Positions 40,441 through 50,836 of a stretch of 64,000 nucleotides of DNA are shown here, in pieces. The DNA is from an uncultured delta proteobacterium (GTDB lineage Bacteria; Desulfobacterota; Syntrophorhabdia; Syntrophorhabdales; WCHB1-27), in contig CAWEPK010000017.1 in the NCBI GenBank assembly GCA_963810935.1, forward strand, positions 1 through 64,000. The letters run 5' to 3'. A program made the position numbers and the translations under genes. The notes below the pieces were generated by a model. It made no database searches. It was not told where the DNA came from and was given only the letters and a program-made list of their open reading frames with translations. The number at the start of each line of letters is the position of its first letter. Position 1 is the stretch's first letter.

Positions 40441-40971
40441 ATGAAACATTTAACGGTGTTCGGATTGGCTGCGTTGGCCCTGGTGCTGGGAATTGCGGGA
40501 TGCAGCAAAGGAAATATGGCCGAAGCGCCCAAGCAGGAATATGTCACGAAAAACCTGGTCCCCTCGAAGGCTGATATCAAAGGGGCGGACTTCGAGATCC
40601 AGGTGGAGAGCCTTCAGCTTACGATGTATGTGGACCCGACATCCAAGGAGGTGGTCAAGACGCCCTCTCTCGGAGGCCATTACAAGATAACCAACACATC
40701 GAAAGATGTCCTGGACGTCCAGGGAGTCACAGTCGAATACCTGGACGAGCAGGGCAAGGTTATTCCCTTCAGCCTCGGGTAGAAAATAGCCAAGGCTTCC
40801 ATGATGTTAAGCAAGATAAATCCCGGCGAGGTAGCCGAAGGGTCCCTGGATGTTACGTTTCCGAGGGCGGCATTAAAGACCCTGGGGAGCATAGATTTCA
40901 ATCTTGTCTTTATCCCGTCCCCCCTTAAGAGAGAGACGCTCAAGATGCCCGAGAAAATAGAACAGAAGTAA
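40441..40971 (+). CDS. Lipoprotein with an in-frame TAG at 40780-40782
   Basis: Lipobox IAGC; the frame stays open 62 codons past the TAG to TAA at 40969. Confidence 0.6.
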
Positions 40972-41059
40972 GAGGGCGAATCCGGGAGGAAGCCCCCGAT
41001 GACAGATTGTCGGGGGCTTCCTCTTTCGGGCTGCATATAGCAATGACTTCCTGGTCACT

Positions 41060-41402
41060 GAGGCCTGATATGAAAATTCGGTTAGATTGCGCGAGAATGG
41101 AGCGCGCCTTTCTTAACCTCGTCAGCAATGCCATAGACGCCACTCCGGAAGGCAAATCGGTGATCGTCCGCACTGCCTTCATAGATGGCAAGGCCCTGTT
41201 CGAAGTCACGGACCGGGGCCCGGGAATACCGGCGGAGCACAGGAAAAAGATATTCGAGCCATTTTTCACGACCAAGCAGCATGGTACAGGACTCGGCCTT
41301 GCCATAGCACTCAAAGTTGTTGAAGCACACGCCGGAGAGCTCAAGGTGTTGCAGTCTGAGGAAGGGGGCGCCGTCTTCAGGGTCTTCCTTCCGTTGTCGT
41401 AA
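41060..41402 (+). pseudogene. Orphan HATPase_c fragment of a sensor kinase
   Basis: NLVSNAIDA, DRGPGI, IFEPFFTTK..GTGLGL; no HisKA or sensor domain upstream. Confidence 0.75.
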
Positions 41403-41696
41403 AAGGCACCTGTTTCGAAGAAGGTCCGTGCCGTTTGACGCCATGCCGGCAACTGCCAAGGCATTGTTCTCGAGCTATGGTGACCCCGGTGCTTCGAAAT
41501 CAACCACCCCTTCAAAACCCGATCACCGGCACGGGTTCGCTTCCGCTGTGTGCCGTCTGCCGACCAATAGCCTTCCCCGAGACGCCTCATCCGGCCGTCT
41601 ACCTCTTGCGCTCCTTTAGTACTTCTTCACAAGACGGCATGTACTCCTTGTAAGGTATCGTCATGAGGTCACCGGTAACGAGGTGACCTGAGACCT

Positions 41697-41783
41697 TGGA
41701 GCAAATAGGGGACGTAGTTGACCAACGTGACGAGACAAATGGAGCAAATAGGGGACGTAGTTGACCAACGTGACGAGACAAAT
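41697..41783 (+). repeat. Perfect 43-bp tandem duplication
   Basis: TGGAGCAAATAGGGGACGTAGTTGACCAACGTGACGAGACAAA twice. Confidence 0.95.
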
Positions 41784-42026
41784 ATTTTATCTTCTTTACG
41801 ACATAATCGAGTCAGAGCCTCAAGGATAGCCATTCCCCGGAAAGCACGCCGGACCTGAAAACTTGACAAAAATAAAAGCGACTTAGTAGCCTATACCCCT
41901 CCTTCGGGTAGAGTCGCCGCACACCTTACACTAAGACCGCGCCATGCAAGGCATATCGGGGCCCCCGGAGGTAAGGAGGCTGTTACGAATTCCAAACACG
42001 ATCATAAAAGGCGCCCTGTAAGCGCC

Positions 42027-42777
42027 ATGGCTTTCGTTATGTGCGCCCTTCTCGTCCCGATCTTCGCCGGTCCGGCGGCGGCCGGGACGGGTGGGGCCAG
42101 GGAAGAGCTGAAGGTGGAAAACGGGCAGAAGATAAGCGTAGACGTCGAGAACAAGTCGCTTTCTTCGCTTTTGCGGATGATGGCCGACAAAAAGCTTTTC
42201 GACCTGTCCGGCCGTCAAGGCAGCGCGAACGAGCCGTTAACCCTCCATTTTTCGAAGTTGACCTTGCCGGAGGCGCTTTCGAAGATGATGAGGGGATACA
42301 GCTACGTGCTCATGGACGAAGGGAAAGGCAGGCCGGTCCTGACCGTGATGGGAAAAGCCGAGCGGGGCGCGCCCGGTGCGGACAGGCAGGAGCCGAAAGG
42401 CGGCACGCCGCCCGATCAGGGCGCGCCAACAGCCGCGGACGCCTTTACCGCCCGTACAGCAGAGGCAGCCCCTTGCGCCTCCCCCGCCACGTGAGACTGC
42501 ACAACAGCCCCCGCCAGGCGGCGAGCAGCAGACTGCACAGCAACCCCAGACAGGCGGCGAGCAACCCGCGCAGGGCGGCCGGCAGCAGCAGCCGGTGCAG
42601 CAGCAGGCCACGCAGCCTGCTCAGCCTCAAGCGACGGGCGGCCAGCCCGCGCAGGGCGGCCGCAGGACCAGCAGCAGCCGGGGTCGCAGCAGGCGCCCGC
42701 TGCGCCGGCGCCTCCGCCGGAGCCTGAGGGCGTCCACTTCTAGGACAACGCAAATCCGCCGGATGGCGGCGCTTTAA
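42027..42777 (+). CDS. Exported protein with secretin-N/STN-like domain and Gln/Pro-rich tail (frameshifted)
   Basis: Signal peptide; ISVDVENKSL..LL...LTL.EAL..MM.GYSY; repeats like TAQQPQTGGEQP in a shifted frame. Confidence 0.55.
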
Positions 42778-43103
42778 GAGACTGGGCTGCCGTTCGGGAT
42801 ATCTTTGTCCGGCGTAACGAGGACCACGGACGACTTGTCCTCGCTGGAGGCGGCGAGTAGCATGCCGTGGGACATGATGCCGCGAAGCGCCCTCGGCTCC
42901 AGGTTCGCCACGATGACTATGCGCTTGCCCACCAGCTCTTCTTTTGTGTAATAGGGCTTTATGCCGGCCACTATCTGCCTTTCTTCCCCGGCATCGATGG
43001 TCAGCTTGTAGAGCCGGTCGGCGCCCGGTATCTCCTCGCATTCCTTGATCTGGGCGACCCGAAGGTCCACTTTCTTGAAATATTCGAAATCGATTGTCTC
43101 CAT
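42774..43103 (-). CDS. Stand-alone tRNA-binding domain (MetRS beta subunit / Trbp111-CsaA family)
   Basis: IDFEYF.KVDLRVA, RQIVAGI, VANLEPR.LRG..S.GMLLAA. Confidence 0.9.
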   Translation of the reverse strand: METIDFEYFKKVDLRVAQIKECEEIPGADRLYKLTIDAGEERQIVAGIKPYYTKEELVGKRIVIVANLEPRALRGIMSHGMLLAASSEDKSSVVLVTPDKDIPNGSPVS

Positions 43104-43331
43104 CTAAACTCCTTTCCCGCGCAATGGGCGGATCGTGCGCCGCTTTCCTTTAACGGCGCTTCCGGTGAGACATCAAGATTATATCAAAGAGTCCTTCCGG
43201 TTGCCATGCTCCGCCTTTTCCCGCTTCCACAAAAATAAGCTATTCTGATATAATCGACATACGCAGGCCGACACCGCGCGAAGGACACCGTGTCGGGGCC
43301 GCTTATATCCTTACAATAGGGGGAGACCGCT

Positions 43332-43769
43332 ATGAAAAAACCTGCTGCACCCGTATCCGGGCCGCCCGTCTACGGCGCGGACGTCACCCTCGCCGTCGCG
43401 AAGAAGGTTGTAGCAGCGGCGGAGGCAGAGGCGAAAAAGAACGGCTGGACCTTCGTGATCGCCGTCGTCGATACGCGGGGGCTCCTCGTCATGCTCGAGC
43501 GCATGGACGACACACAGACCGCGAGCATCCGGGTGGCGATCGAGAAGGCGCGCACCGCCGCCATGTTCAAGCGGCCCAGCAAGGCCTTCGAGGACGCACT
43601 TGCGGGCGGCCGCATGGCGATATTGCGGATGCCCGGCGCGACGCCTATCGAGGGCGGGGTGCCTCTTTTGAAAGGCGGCAGGATCATAGGCGCAATCGGC
43701 GTGAGCGGCATGACGTCTGCTCAGGACGGCCAGGCTGCACTTGCCGGAGCAGCCGCCATAGCAAGCTGA
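43332..43769 (+). CDS. GlcG/HbpS family heme-binding protein
   Basis: IAVVD..G.L....RMD, A..KA.TA..F.RPS, GGVP, IGAIGVSG....QD. Confidence 0.9.
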   Translation: MKKPAAPVSGPPVYGADVTLAVAKKVVAAAEAEAKKNGWTFVIAVVDTRGLLVMLERMDDTQTASIRVAIEKARTAAMFKRPSKAFEDALAGGRMAILRMPGATPIEGGVPLLKGGRIIGAIGVSGMTSAQDGQAALAGAAAIAS

Positions 43770-43893
43770 CGCCGGGAAACCGTCTCCCGGAGCAAGGCAA
43801 CGACGACTTCGGGCGCAAAAATAACCCGCCCGACCCCGGCCTGCGGAAGGGACTTGAAATATTCGATGATTTTGTCATATAATTCCAGGCTTT

Positions 43894-45438
43894 ATGAGAG
43901 TTTTACTGATCCTCTGCATCGGTTGCGTTCTTTTTGTCCATGGCCTGGGCAGCACGGCTTTGTGGGACCCCGACGAGCCGAGGCAAGCCATTATGGCCAG
44001 AGAGATGATGGAGCGCGGCGATTATGTCCATCCTTATCTCAACGGAATGCCTTACCTTGAGAAGCCGCCCCTCCATCCGTGGCTCATAGTCGCCACCGCA
44101 AAAGTCACGGGCAAGATAGATGAGTTCTCGTCGCGCCTCCCTTCGGCGATAGCCGCCCTGCTCTTGCTTTTGCTCGTTTATTTTTACGGGGCGAAGACGG
44201 ACCACGAGGTCTCGGGCTTCCTCTCCGCCCTTATCCTGGCGACAAATTACCAGTTTTTGGGGAACGCAAGAGAATCGGTCATGGACATGACCTTTGCCCT
44301 TTTCATAGGCGTGGCTATAATTTTAGGCTATTTTTGCATCGAAAAGCGCAGGACGAAGTGGCTCCTGCCGTTTGCGCTCCTGCCATGCGCGGGGGCGATT
44401 TTGAGCAAGGGGCCTGCCGGGCTTGTTATACCCCTGGTGGTCCTCTTCTTTTACTGTCTCGCGACCAAGCGCCTGCGCAGCATGTTCCTTCCCATGACGG
44501 CCGGCTGCCTCCTTTCCTCGGCCGTCGCCTCCATCTGGTTCTTCATGGCGGGAAAGGCCTACGCTACCGAGTTTATCCTGCACCAGAACGTGGCCCGGTT
44601 CGCTACGGGCTTCGACCACATCCAGCCGTTCTGGTACTATTTCCCCAAGCTCTTCGTCAATTTCCTGCCGTGGAGCATCGCCCTGCCCTTCGCCGCCTGG
44701 TTCGCGTACAAGCGTAAGCTATGGCTGCCCCTCATCTGGCTCGTCTTCACCTTCGTTTTCTTCGACATATCGCGGAGCAAGCGCGCCATCTACCTGCTCT
44801 CGGCGTATCCGGCAGCCGCCATCCTGGTGGGCATGTACCTCAAGGAGCGGTGGTACGCACTGGCGGAGGCGCGATGGACCAGGCTCGTTTTCTGCGTCTT
44901 CGGCGCGCTCCTTGCCCTGGCCCCGCTGCTTTTCTTCCCTGCTTACGACCGGGTGCCCCTCGTTGCGCAGATGTTCGCAGGACGGATGCCTCTGCTAATA
45001 GGCATGGCGGCGGTCCTGTTCGCCTGCGGGGTCTTCTTCGTAGTCTCGGTCCTCATGAAATCGCCGGCAAAGAACTTCCTCGCGCTCTTTGTCTACCTCC
45101 TGATACTCGGGGTCGTCTACCACACGAATTTTATGCCTGCCGTCGACCGGAACGTCAACTCGGTCCGCCTGATCACCGACCGGTTGAGCGACGCCCAGAA
45201 GGCAGCCACGGTATGCAGCTACGGTTTTAACTCCCCCGCCCTGATCTACTACATGGGCAGGCCGGTCCCGGCCATTTTGGGGCCGGATGATGCCCTTTTG
45301 AAAAAAGATGATATAATAGTCATCGCCGAAGACAAGTATGGGAGCGCTAGTGCGCTCAGACAACTTTTTCCCCTTTCGAAGAAAGCGCAGTACGAGAGGG
45401 ATAACTACTTGATCTTCATGAGGAAAGATGGAAAGTAG
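43894..45438 (+). CDS. arnT: ArnT-like glycosyltransferase (GT83/PMT_2)
   Basis: DPDEPR.A..AREM, EKPPL, R.PSA, KGP, H.QPFWYY, SKR..YLL. Confidence 0.88.
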   Translation: MRVLLILCIGCVLFVHGLGSTALWDPDEPRQAIMAREMMERGDYVHPYLNGMPYLEKPPLHPWLIVATAKVTGKIDEFSSRLPSAIAALLLLLLVYFYGAKTDHEVSGFLSALILATNYQFLGNARESVMDMTFALFIGVAIILGYFCIEKRRTKWLLPFALLPCAGAILSKGPAGLVIPLVVLFFYCLATKRLRSMFLPMTAGCLLSSAVASIWFFMAGKAYATEFILHQNVARFATGFDHIQPFWYYFPKLFVNFLPWSIALPFAAWFAYKRKLWLPLIWLVFTFVFFDISRSKRAIYLLSAYPAAAILVGMYLKERWYALAEARWTRLVFCVFGALLALAPLLFFPAYDRVPLVAQMFAGRMPLLIGMAAVLFACGVFFVVSVLMKSPAKNFLALFVYLLILGVVYHTNFMPAVDRNVNSVRLITDRLSDAQKAATVCSYGFNSPALIYYMGRPVPAILGPDDALLKKDDIIVIAEDKYGSASALRQLFPLSKKAQYERDNYLIFMRKDGK

Positions 45439-46357
45439 GGTCGATATATCGGTCCTCGTGCCGGCCCTGAACGAGGAAGAATCGCTCGACGAGCTGAACG
45501 AGCGGCTTACGAAGGTCCTGTCATCGATGGACCGGTCCTGGGAAATCATCTACGTCAACGACGGGAGCACCGACAGGACCGAGGAGATGATAGAAGGCTA
45601 CCGGAAGACCGACCAGCGGATCAAGGTCATCGAGTTCGAAAGGAATTTCGGACAGCACATGGCGCTTTTCGCGGCTTTCGAGCGGGCCGCCGGCAAGGTG
45701 ATCGTCACGATCGACGCAGACCTGCAAAACCCGCCGGAGGAGATACCCCGCCTCGTCGAGAAGGCGGACGAGGGCTACGACGTGGTCGCAACGTGCAGAA
45801 GGGGGAGACAGGACTCGATCTTCCGCAGGTGGCCCTCCTGGATCGTGAACAAGATCACCTCGCGCCTCGTAGGCGCGAAGCTGCGGGACTACGGCTGCAT
45901 GCTGAGGGCGTACAGCCGCCAGGTGATCGACTCGATCAACCTCTGCCAGGAGTCGTCCAGCTTCATCCCTGCGCTGGCCAACACTTACGCCAGACGGTTC
46001 GTCGAAATCGAGGTCGGCCACGCGGAGCGCAAACGGGGCGTCTCGAAGTACGGGCTTTTCCGCCTCCTTCGGCTCAACTTCGACCTTATGACGGGCTTTT
46101 CCCTCCTTCCGATACAGTTCATCGGCATCCTTGGCGTAGTGATCGCCCTCATGGGGCTGGTCTTCGCCATTTACCTCCTCGTCCGCAGGCTCATCCTCGG
46201 CCCTGAGTCGGACGGCCTATTCACGCTGTTTGCCGTCCTTTTCTTCTTCGTGGGCATCCAGATCTTCGCACTCGGCATCATCGGCGAATACATCGGGAGG
46301 ATCTTCCAGGAAGTGCGGAGAAGGCCCAGGTTCGTAGTGAAGAAGGAACTTCTGTGA
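45428..46357 (+). CDS. arnC: Undecaprenyl-phosphate Ara4FN transferase
   Basis: VP..NEE, NDGSTD, RNFGQH, DADLQNPPEEIP, DYGCMLRAY, GEYIGRI. Confidence 0.9.
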   Translation: MESRVDISVLVPALNEEESLDELNERLTKVLSSMDRSWEIIYVNDGSTDRTEEMIEGYRKTDQRIKVIEFERNFGQHMALFAAFERAAGKVIVTIDADLQNPPEEIPRLVEKADEGYDVVATCRRGRQDSIFRRWPSWIVNKITSRLVGAKLRDYGCMLRAYSRQVIDSINLCQESSSFIPALANTYARRFVEIEVGHAERKRGVSKYGLFRLLRLNFDLMTGFSLLPIQFIGILGVVIALMGLVFAIYLLVRRLILGPESDGLFTLFAVLFFFVGIQIFALGIIGEYIGRIFQEVRRRPRFVVKKELL

Positions 46358-47274
46358 AAGCGGTCGTCTTAGGTTATCACGAGATAGGCTACGTCTGCCT
46401 CGAGGCCCTGCTGGCAAGCCGCATATCCGTGCTTGCCCTGTTTACCCACAAAGACGACCCGAAAGAGGAAATCTGGTTCCGCACGCCGAGGGCGCTGGCG
46501 GAAGAAAACGGCATCCCCGTCTTCGACCCTGAATCGCTTGCCGACCCGGCGTGGGCCGCACGCATCCGCGCTTACGAGCCCGATTACCTTTTTTCATTTT
46601 ATTACAGGCACATGCTCCCGAAAGAGGTCCTCGACATACCGAAGATCGCGCCCCTGAACCTCCACGGCTCGCTCCTGCCGAAATTCCGCGGCAGGTGCCC
46701 CGTCAACTGGGTGCTCGTAGAGGGGGAGCAGCGTACCGGCGTCACCCTCCACGTGATGGAGGTAAAACCGGACGCGGGGGACATAGTGGGGCAGAGGGAA
46801 GTGCCCATTGCGTTCGAGGACACGGCGGAAAGCCTGGCGCGGAAGCTGGCCGCCGCTGCGGCGGGACTGATGCGCGAGGTAATGCCGCAACTTGAGGCGG
46901 GCAGGCCGGAACGCAGGCCCCAGACGGGTCAATCTTCATATTACGGCGGCCGCAGGCCGGAAGACGGTATAATCGACTGGGAAAAAAGCGCATTGAGCGT
47001 TTACAACCTCGTAAGGGCGGTCACCCACCCATACCCCGGCGCTTACACGTTTATGGCAGGCCGCAAGCTCTTTATATGGAAGGCAGCGCCGCGGGAAGGG
47101 GCAGCCGCCGGGCTACCCGGTACGGTCGTCTCTACGGACCCTCTCGTCATCAAGGCGGGGGACGGCCTGCTGCGCGTCATGTCGCTCCAGGCGGACGGTG
47201 AAAACGAGATGGGAGCGGACTCTTTCGTCCGCCTCCACGGACCTGATATGAAATTCTTAGGAGGTAGGTTTTGA
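46354..47274 (+). CDS. UDP-Ara4N formyltransferase (ArnA N-terminal domain, stand-alone)
   Basis: [38 protein letters not shown]. Confidence 0.9.
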   Translation: MKAVVLGYHEIGYVCLEALLASRISVLALFTHKDDPKEEIWFRTPRALAEENGIPVFDPESLADPAWAARIRAYEPDYLFSFYYRHMLPKEVLDIPKIAPLNLHGSLLPKFRGRCPVNWVLVEGEQRTGVTLHVMEVKPDAGDIVGQREVPIAFEDTAESLARKLAAAAAGLMREVMPQLEAGRPERRPQTGQSSYYGGRRPEDGIIDWEKSALSVYNLVRAVTHPYPGAYTFMAGRKLFIWKAAPREGAAAGLPGTVVSTDPLVIKAGDGLLRVMSLQADGENEMGADSFVRLHGPDMKFLGGRF

Positions 47275-48302
47275 ACATCTTGATACTGGGCGTCAACGGC
47301 TTTATCGGCAACAGCCTTGCCAGCCACATCCTGGAAAACAAGGACTGGGAAGTTTACGGAATGGATATACGGGATGACAAGCTGGACAAGTGCCACGGCA
47401 AACGGTGCTTCCACTTCGTCGAGGGCGATATATCGATCAACAAGGAATGGGTCGAATACCACGTGAAGAAGTGCGACGTCGTCCTGCCGCTTGTGGCGAT
47501 AGCTACGCCGGCCACCTACGTCAAGGAGCCGCTGAAGGTGTTCGGCCTCGATTTCGAGGAAAACCTGGCGATCGTCCGCCAGTGCGTGAAATACAATAAA
47601 AGGCTTATCTTCCCCTCCACGTCGGAGGTCTACGGCATGTCGCCCGACGAGGAGTTCAAAGAGGACGAAAGCCCGCTCATGGTGGGGCCCATCAACAAGC
47701 AGCGCTGGATTTACAGCGTCTCCAAGCAGCTCCTCGACCGCGTCATATGGGCATACGGCTTCCAGAAAGGCCTGCGCTTCACCCTCTTCCGCCCCTTCAA
47801 CTGGATTGGGCCGAAGCTCGACGATCTGACCATGGAGCCGGAGAAGGAAGGCAGCTCCAGGGTCGTCACGCAGTTCATATCCGCCCTGATCCACGGAGAC
47901 GTCATCCGCCTCGTTGACGGCGGCGGGCAGAGAAGGTGTTTCACCTACGTCGACGACGGCATAGACGGCCTCATGCGCGTCATCGAGAACAAGAACGACG
48001 TCTGCAACGGCGAGATATTCAATATCGGGAACCCCAGAAACGAGGCGACGATCAAAGAGCTGGCCTACAAGCTCCGCGACCTTTTTATGGCGTACAAGGG
48101 CAACGCGGGCAAGAAGCCGGCCGAGATAGTCGATGTCTCCTCCGGAGACTTCTACGGCAAAGGGTATCAGGACATCAACCGCAGGGTGCCGTCGATCAGG
48201 AAGGCGCGCGAGATCCTGGGGTGGGAGCCGAAGGTGGACCTCGATACGGCGCTGCGCAAAACGCTCGAATACTACCTGGGACCGAAAGCCGACGGCATCT
48301 GA
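47271..48302 (+). CDS. arnA: UDP-glucuronate oxidase/decarboxylase (ArnA C-terminal domain, stand-alone)
   Basis: [46 protein letters not shown]. Confidence 0.9.
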   Translation: MNILILGVNGFIGNSLASHILENKDWEVYGMDIRDDKLDKCHGKRCFHFVEGDISINKEWVEYHVKKCDVVLPLVAIATPATYVKEPLKVFGLDFEENLAIVRQCVKYNKRLIFPSTSEVYGMSPDEEFKEDESPLMVGPINKQRWIYSVSKQLLDRVIWAYGFQKGLRFTLFRPFNWIGPKLDDLTMEPEKEGSSRVVTQFISALIHGDVIRLVDGGGQRRCFTYVDDGIDGLMRVIENKNDVCNGEIFNIGNPRNEATIKELAYKLRDLFMAYKGNAGKKPAEIVDVSSGDFYGKGYQDINRRVPSIRKAREILGWEPKVDLDTALRKTLEYYLGPKADGI

Positions 48303-49213
48303 TGCACAAAGTCGTAGGGCTGCAGGTCCACGTCGATACCTTTGAAGGGATGAGGCACGGGGTGGGCCGCCTGCTCGACCTGTTCGATTCCTTCGGCCTG
48401 CACGCGAGCTTTTTCGTCCCCATGGGCAAGGACCATACGGGCTGGACCGTGAAGCGCGTCTTCACCCGGCCCGGCTTCGTCTCCAAGGCGCAGCGGGTAG
48501 GGGTGCTCGAGACGTACGGGGTAAAGACCCTCATGCGGGGGCTGCTCCTGCCCGGCGCGCAAATCGCCAAACGCAACGCGGGGCTGCTGCGCGACATCGA
48601 GGCAAGGGGACACGAGCTCGGCATCCACGGCCTCGACCACGTTTACTGGCACGACCACATAAAAAATATGGACCGGGCGCGGACGGAGAAGATACTTGCC
48701 GAAGCGGCCGGTACGTACGAAGCGCTGGTCGGAAAAAAGCCCGCGTCGTTCGCGGCCCCCGGCTGGATGATAAGCGCCCACGCGCTCGCCTTCTTCGAGG
48801 CAAACGGGTTCTCCTACACGAGCGATACGCGTGGGACCGGCCCGTTCTATCCGCGAATGGGCGGCAGAACATTCCCGGTGCTCCAGATACCCTCGACGCT
48901 GCCGACGCTCGATGAGATGGTGGGCCTGGAGGGCAACGACCAAGCCACTCTAGCGGCTTTCTTCGCAAATTCCCTTACCGAAGGACTAAACGTGATCTCC
49001 GTGCATACGGAGCTTGAAGGCAACCGATGGACGGGCTTCCTAAAGATGTTCATCGAGCAGGCGTTAGAGCGCGGCTACTCTTTCAAGCGCCTGACAGATA
49101 TAGCGGCAGAACTGAAAAATCAAAAGGACATACCGGTCTGCGAATGCCAGTACGGCACGGTCCGCGGAAGGGCCGGCGAAGTAACCCTGCAAGGCCCGCC
49201 GGCGTCGTTGTAA
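48302..49213 (+). CDS. arnD: ArnD-like deformylase (polysaccharide deacetylase)
   Basis: VDTF.G, G.DHTG, HE.G.HG.DH..W, YTSDTRG, QIP.TLPTLDE, H.ELEG. Confidence 0.85.
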   Translation: MHKVVGLQVHVDTFEGMRHGVGRLLDLFDSFGLHASFFVPMGKDHTGWTVKRVFTRPGFVSKAQRVGVLETYGVKTLMRGLLLPGAQIAKRNAGLLRDIEARGHELGIHGLDHVYWHDHIKNMDRARTEKILAEAAGTYEALVGKKPASFAAPGWMISAHALAFFEANGFSYTSDTRGTGPFYPRMGGRTFPVLQIPSTLPTLDEMVGLEGNDQATLAAFFANSLTEGLNVISVHTELEGNRWTGFLKMFIEQALERGYSFKRLTDIAAELKNQKDIPVCECQYGTVRGRAGEVTLQGPPASL

Positions 49214-49411
49214 TCCGCACCTATCATCATCGCTTCGAGACCATTAGCTTCTTCCTGAAGTTGTGATCTCTCCATTAACGGCACAAGCGTAACACTTCAC
49301 GCGGCAATCCTGATGAAGCGCCATTTCCCTATCGCCCTTCGGTGCATGCCACCGTGGTGCAGGAGTTTACCTATGCTACAATCTTTATGTGCCTGATTCC
49401 CTGATCGATCG

Positions 49412-50617
49412 TTAACCGGTAATTTGTTCCAACTCCATCTGAGCAGTTTCAGGCGCATATAAATAAATGACTAAAGCTGCTATCAGGAATATCACTGAAA
49501 GTATCGGCAGTCCGGCAGCAATCGATGTCTTTGTGGCTATGTACCCTATAAGGAAAGGGGAGACTGACGCCAATATACGTGCAATGAAACATTGCACCGC
49601 CATAACCCGTGCCACGCATTCTGGTCGGGAAGAATAGACTGTAAGTGATGCCAATGGCATACCCGCCGTAGATAAAGAATGAGGTGATGGAGCACAACGA
49701 GCAGAGCGATGACCGATGATAAATTGACATAGATCACAAAAGGACGGCGGCCGGGAAAATGAATAACCCAATAATTTCTTACTCCTGAGTTCTCTCTTAT
49801 ATAACCGCAAATGAAGTAGGCGGGAAGACCGAAGATGCTATAATATATTATGAAGTAAGAGCCTTTCAATATACCCAGGTGCTTTTCCGTTATCAAGAAC
49901 TGCGGTATCGAAGTGGCCCATCCCCACCACATGAACAAAAACGCGAACATTATGACGATCCCAACGAGATAATTTCTCACGCTGTACCGTATCGGCTCCA
50001 ACAGGTCCAATTTGTGGCGTTTGTTTTTTTGTCTTGCCTCAGTCTGGATTTGCTTGAACCGTTCCGTTTCTCTAAGAATAACTGCTATGAATGCTATTAA
50101 AACCAACGCAGGTATAGCGCCGGCAAAATATAACGAACGCCACCCATAACGGGGCGACAAACCGATATTGAGGGCCGCCGCAATTAAATACCCTATCGGA
50201 TAGGCACTGATCAACGCTCCCAGTGCAAAGCCTCTCCATTTTGCAGGATTGGTTCGAATACCACGTCCTAGGGCACTTCCTTGGCCAGATCTGAAAACGA
50301 TCTGGAGACCAACATGCCTTTCAAGCTCCTTAAAGCCGCATAACCAGTGACAACTGACTGTATATGCTAATGATAACATTAACATTGGCTTTCTCCATAC
50401 CTGTCGGCGAAGAATGCAAATACTAAATCGCCGACAGCGTATTTGAGGAGAAATGCAGTTCCCATTAGACCTAAATCGATTGGGTTATATGCCATTCTTT
50501 GATCATTGCCGGTATGGTCAACCCATATATCATTGAATCCATGGCATCAAAGAACCAGCCGAACCACGTTAAAGCAAAAGCCACAAAAATGTACCTTCCC
50601 GTTCTCCGCTGCATCAT
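49412..50617 (-). pseudogene. MFS transporter pseudogene (aromatic acid/H+ symporter-like)
   Basis: GWFFDAMD, F.DRYGE, GWRSLYF.G.IPA, FP..MRGTG and APET spread over several frames; low GC. Confidence 0.75.
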
Positions 50618-50836
50618 CCCCCCCTTTTTTTTCTTCTTTGCTCATCAGGATCTGCCAAAGAACACTATCCCGCCCTCAAATCTTCCCTTTTCTCTCACCT
50701 CACCGAATGGCTCTTATTTGTCCCAGGGTGAAGGTCCGTGTTCGGCTCGTGCCGTCGGCCTTCACCCTGGGCAAGACCACTCTCCAGCACCCCTAACCCT
50801 CTTCTGAGAAGCAGGGACCGCAGCTCCTGCAATGTC

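Noticed and set aside
41697..41783. Possible CRISPR array
   Set aside because: Two adjacent identical units with no spacer, and no cas genes in the window.
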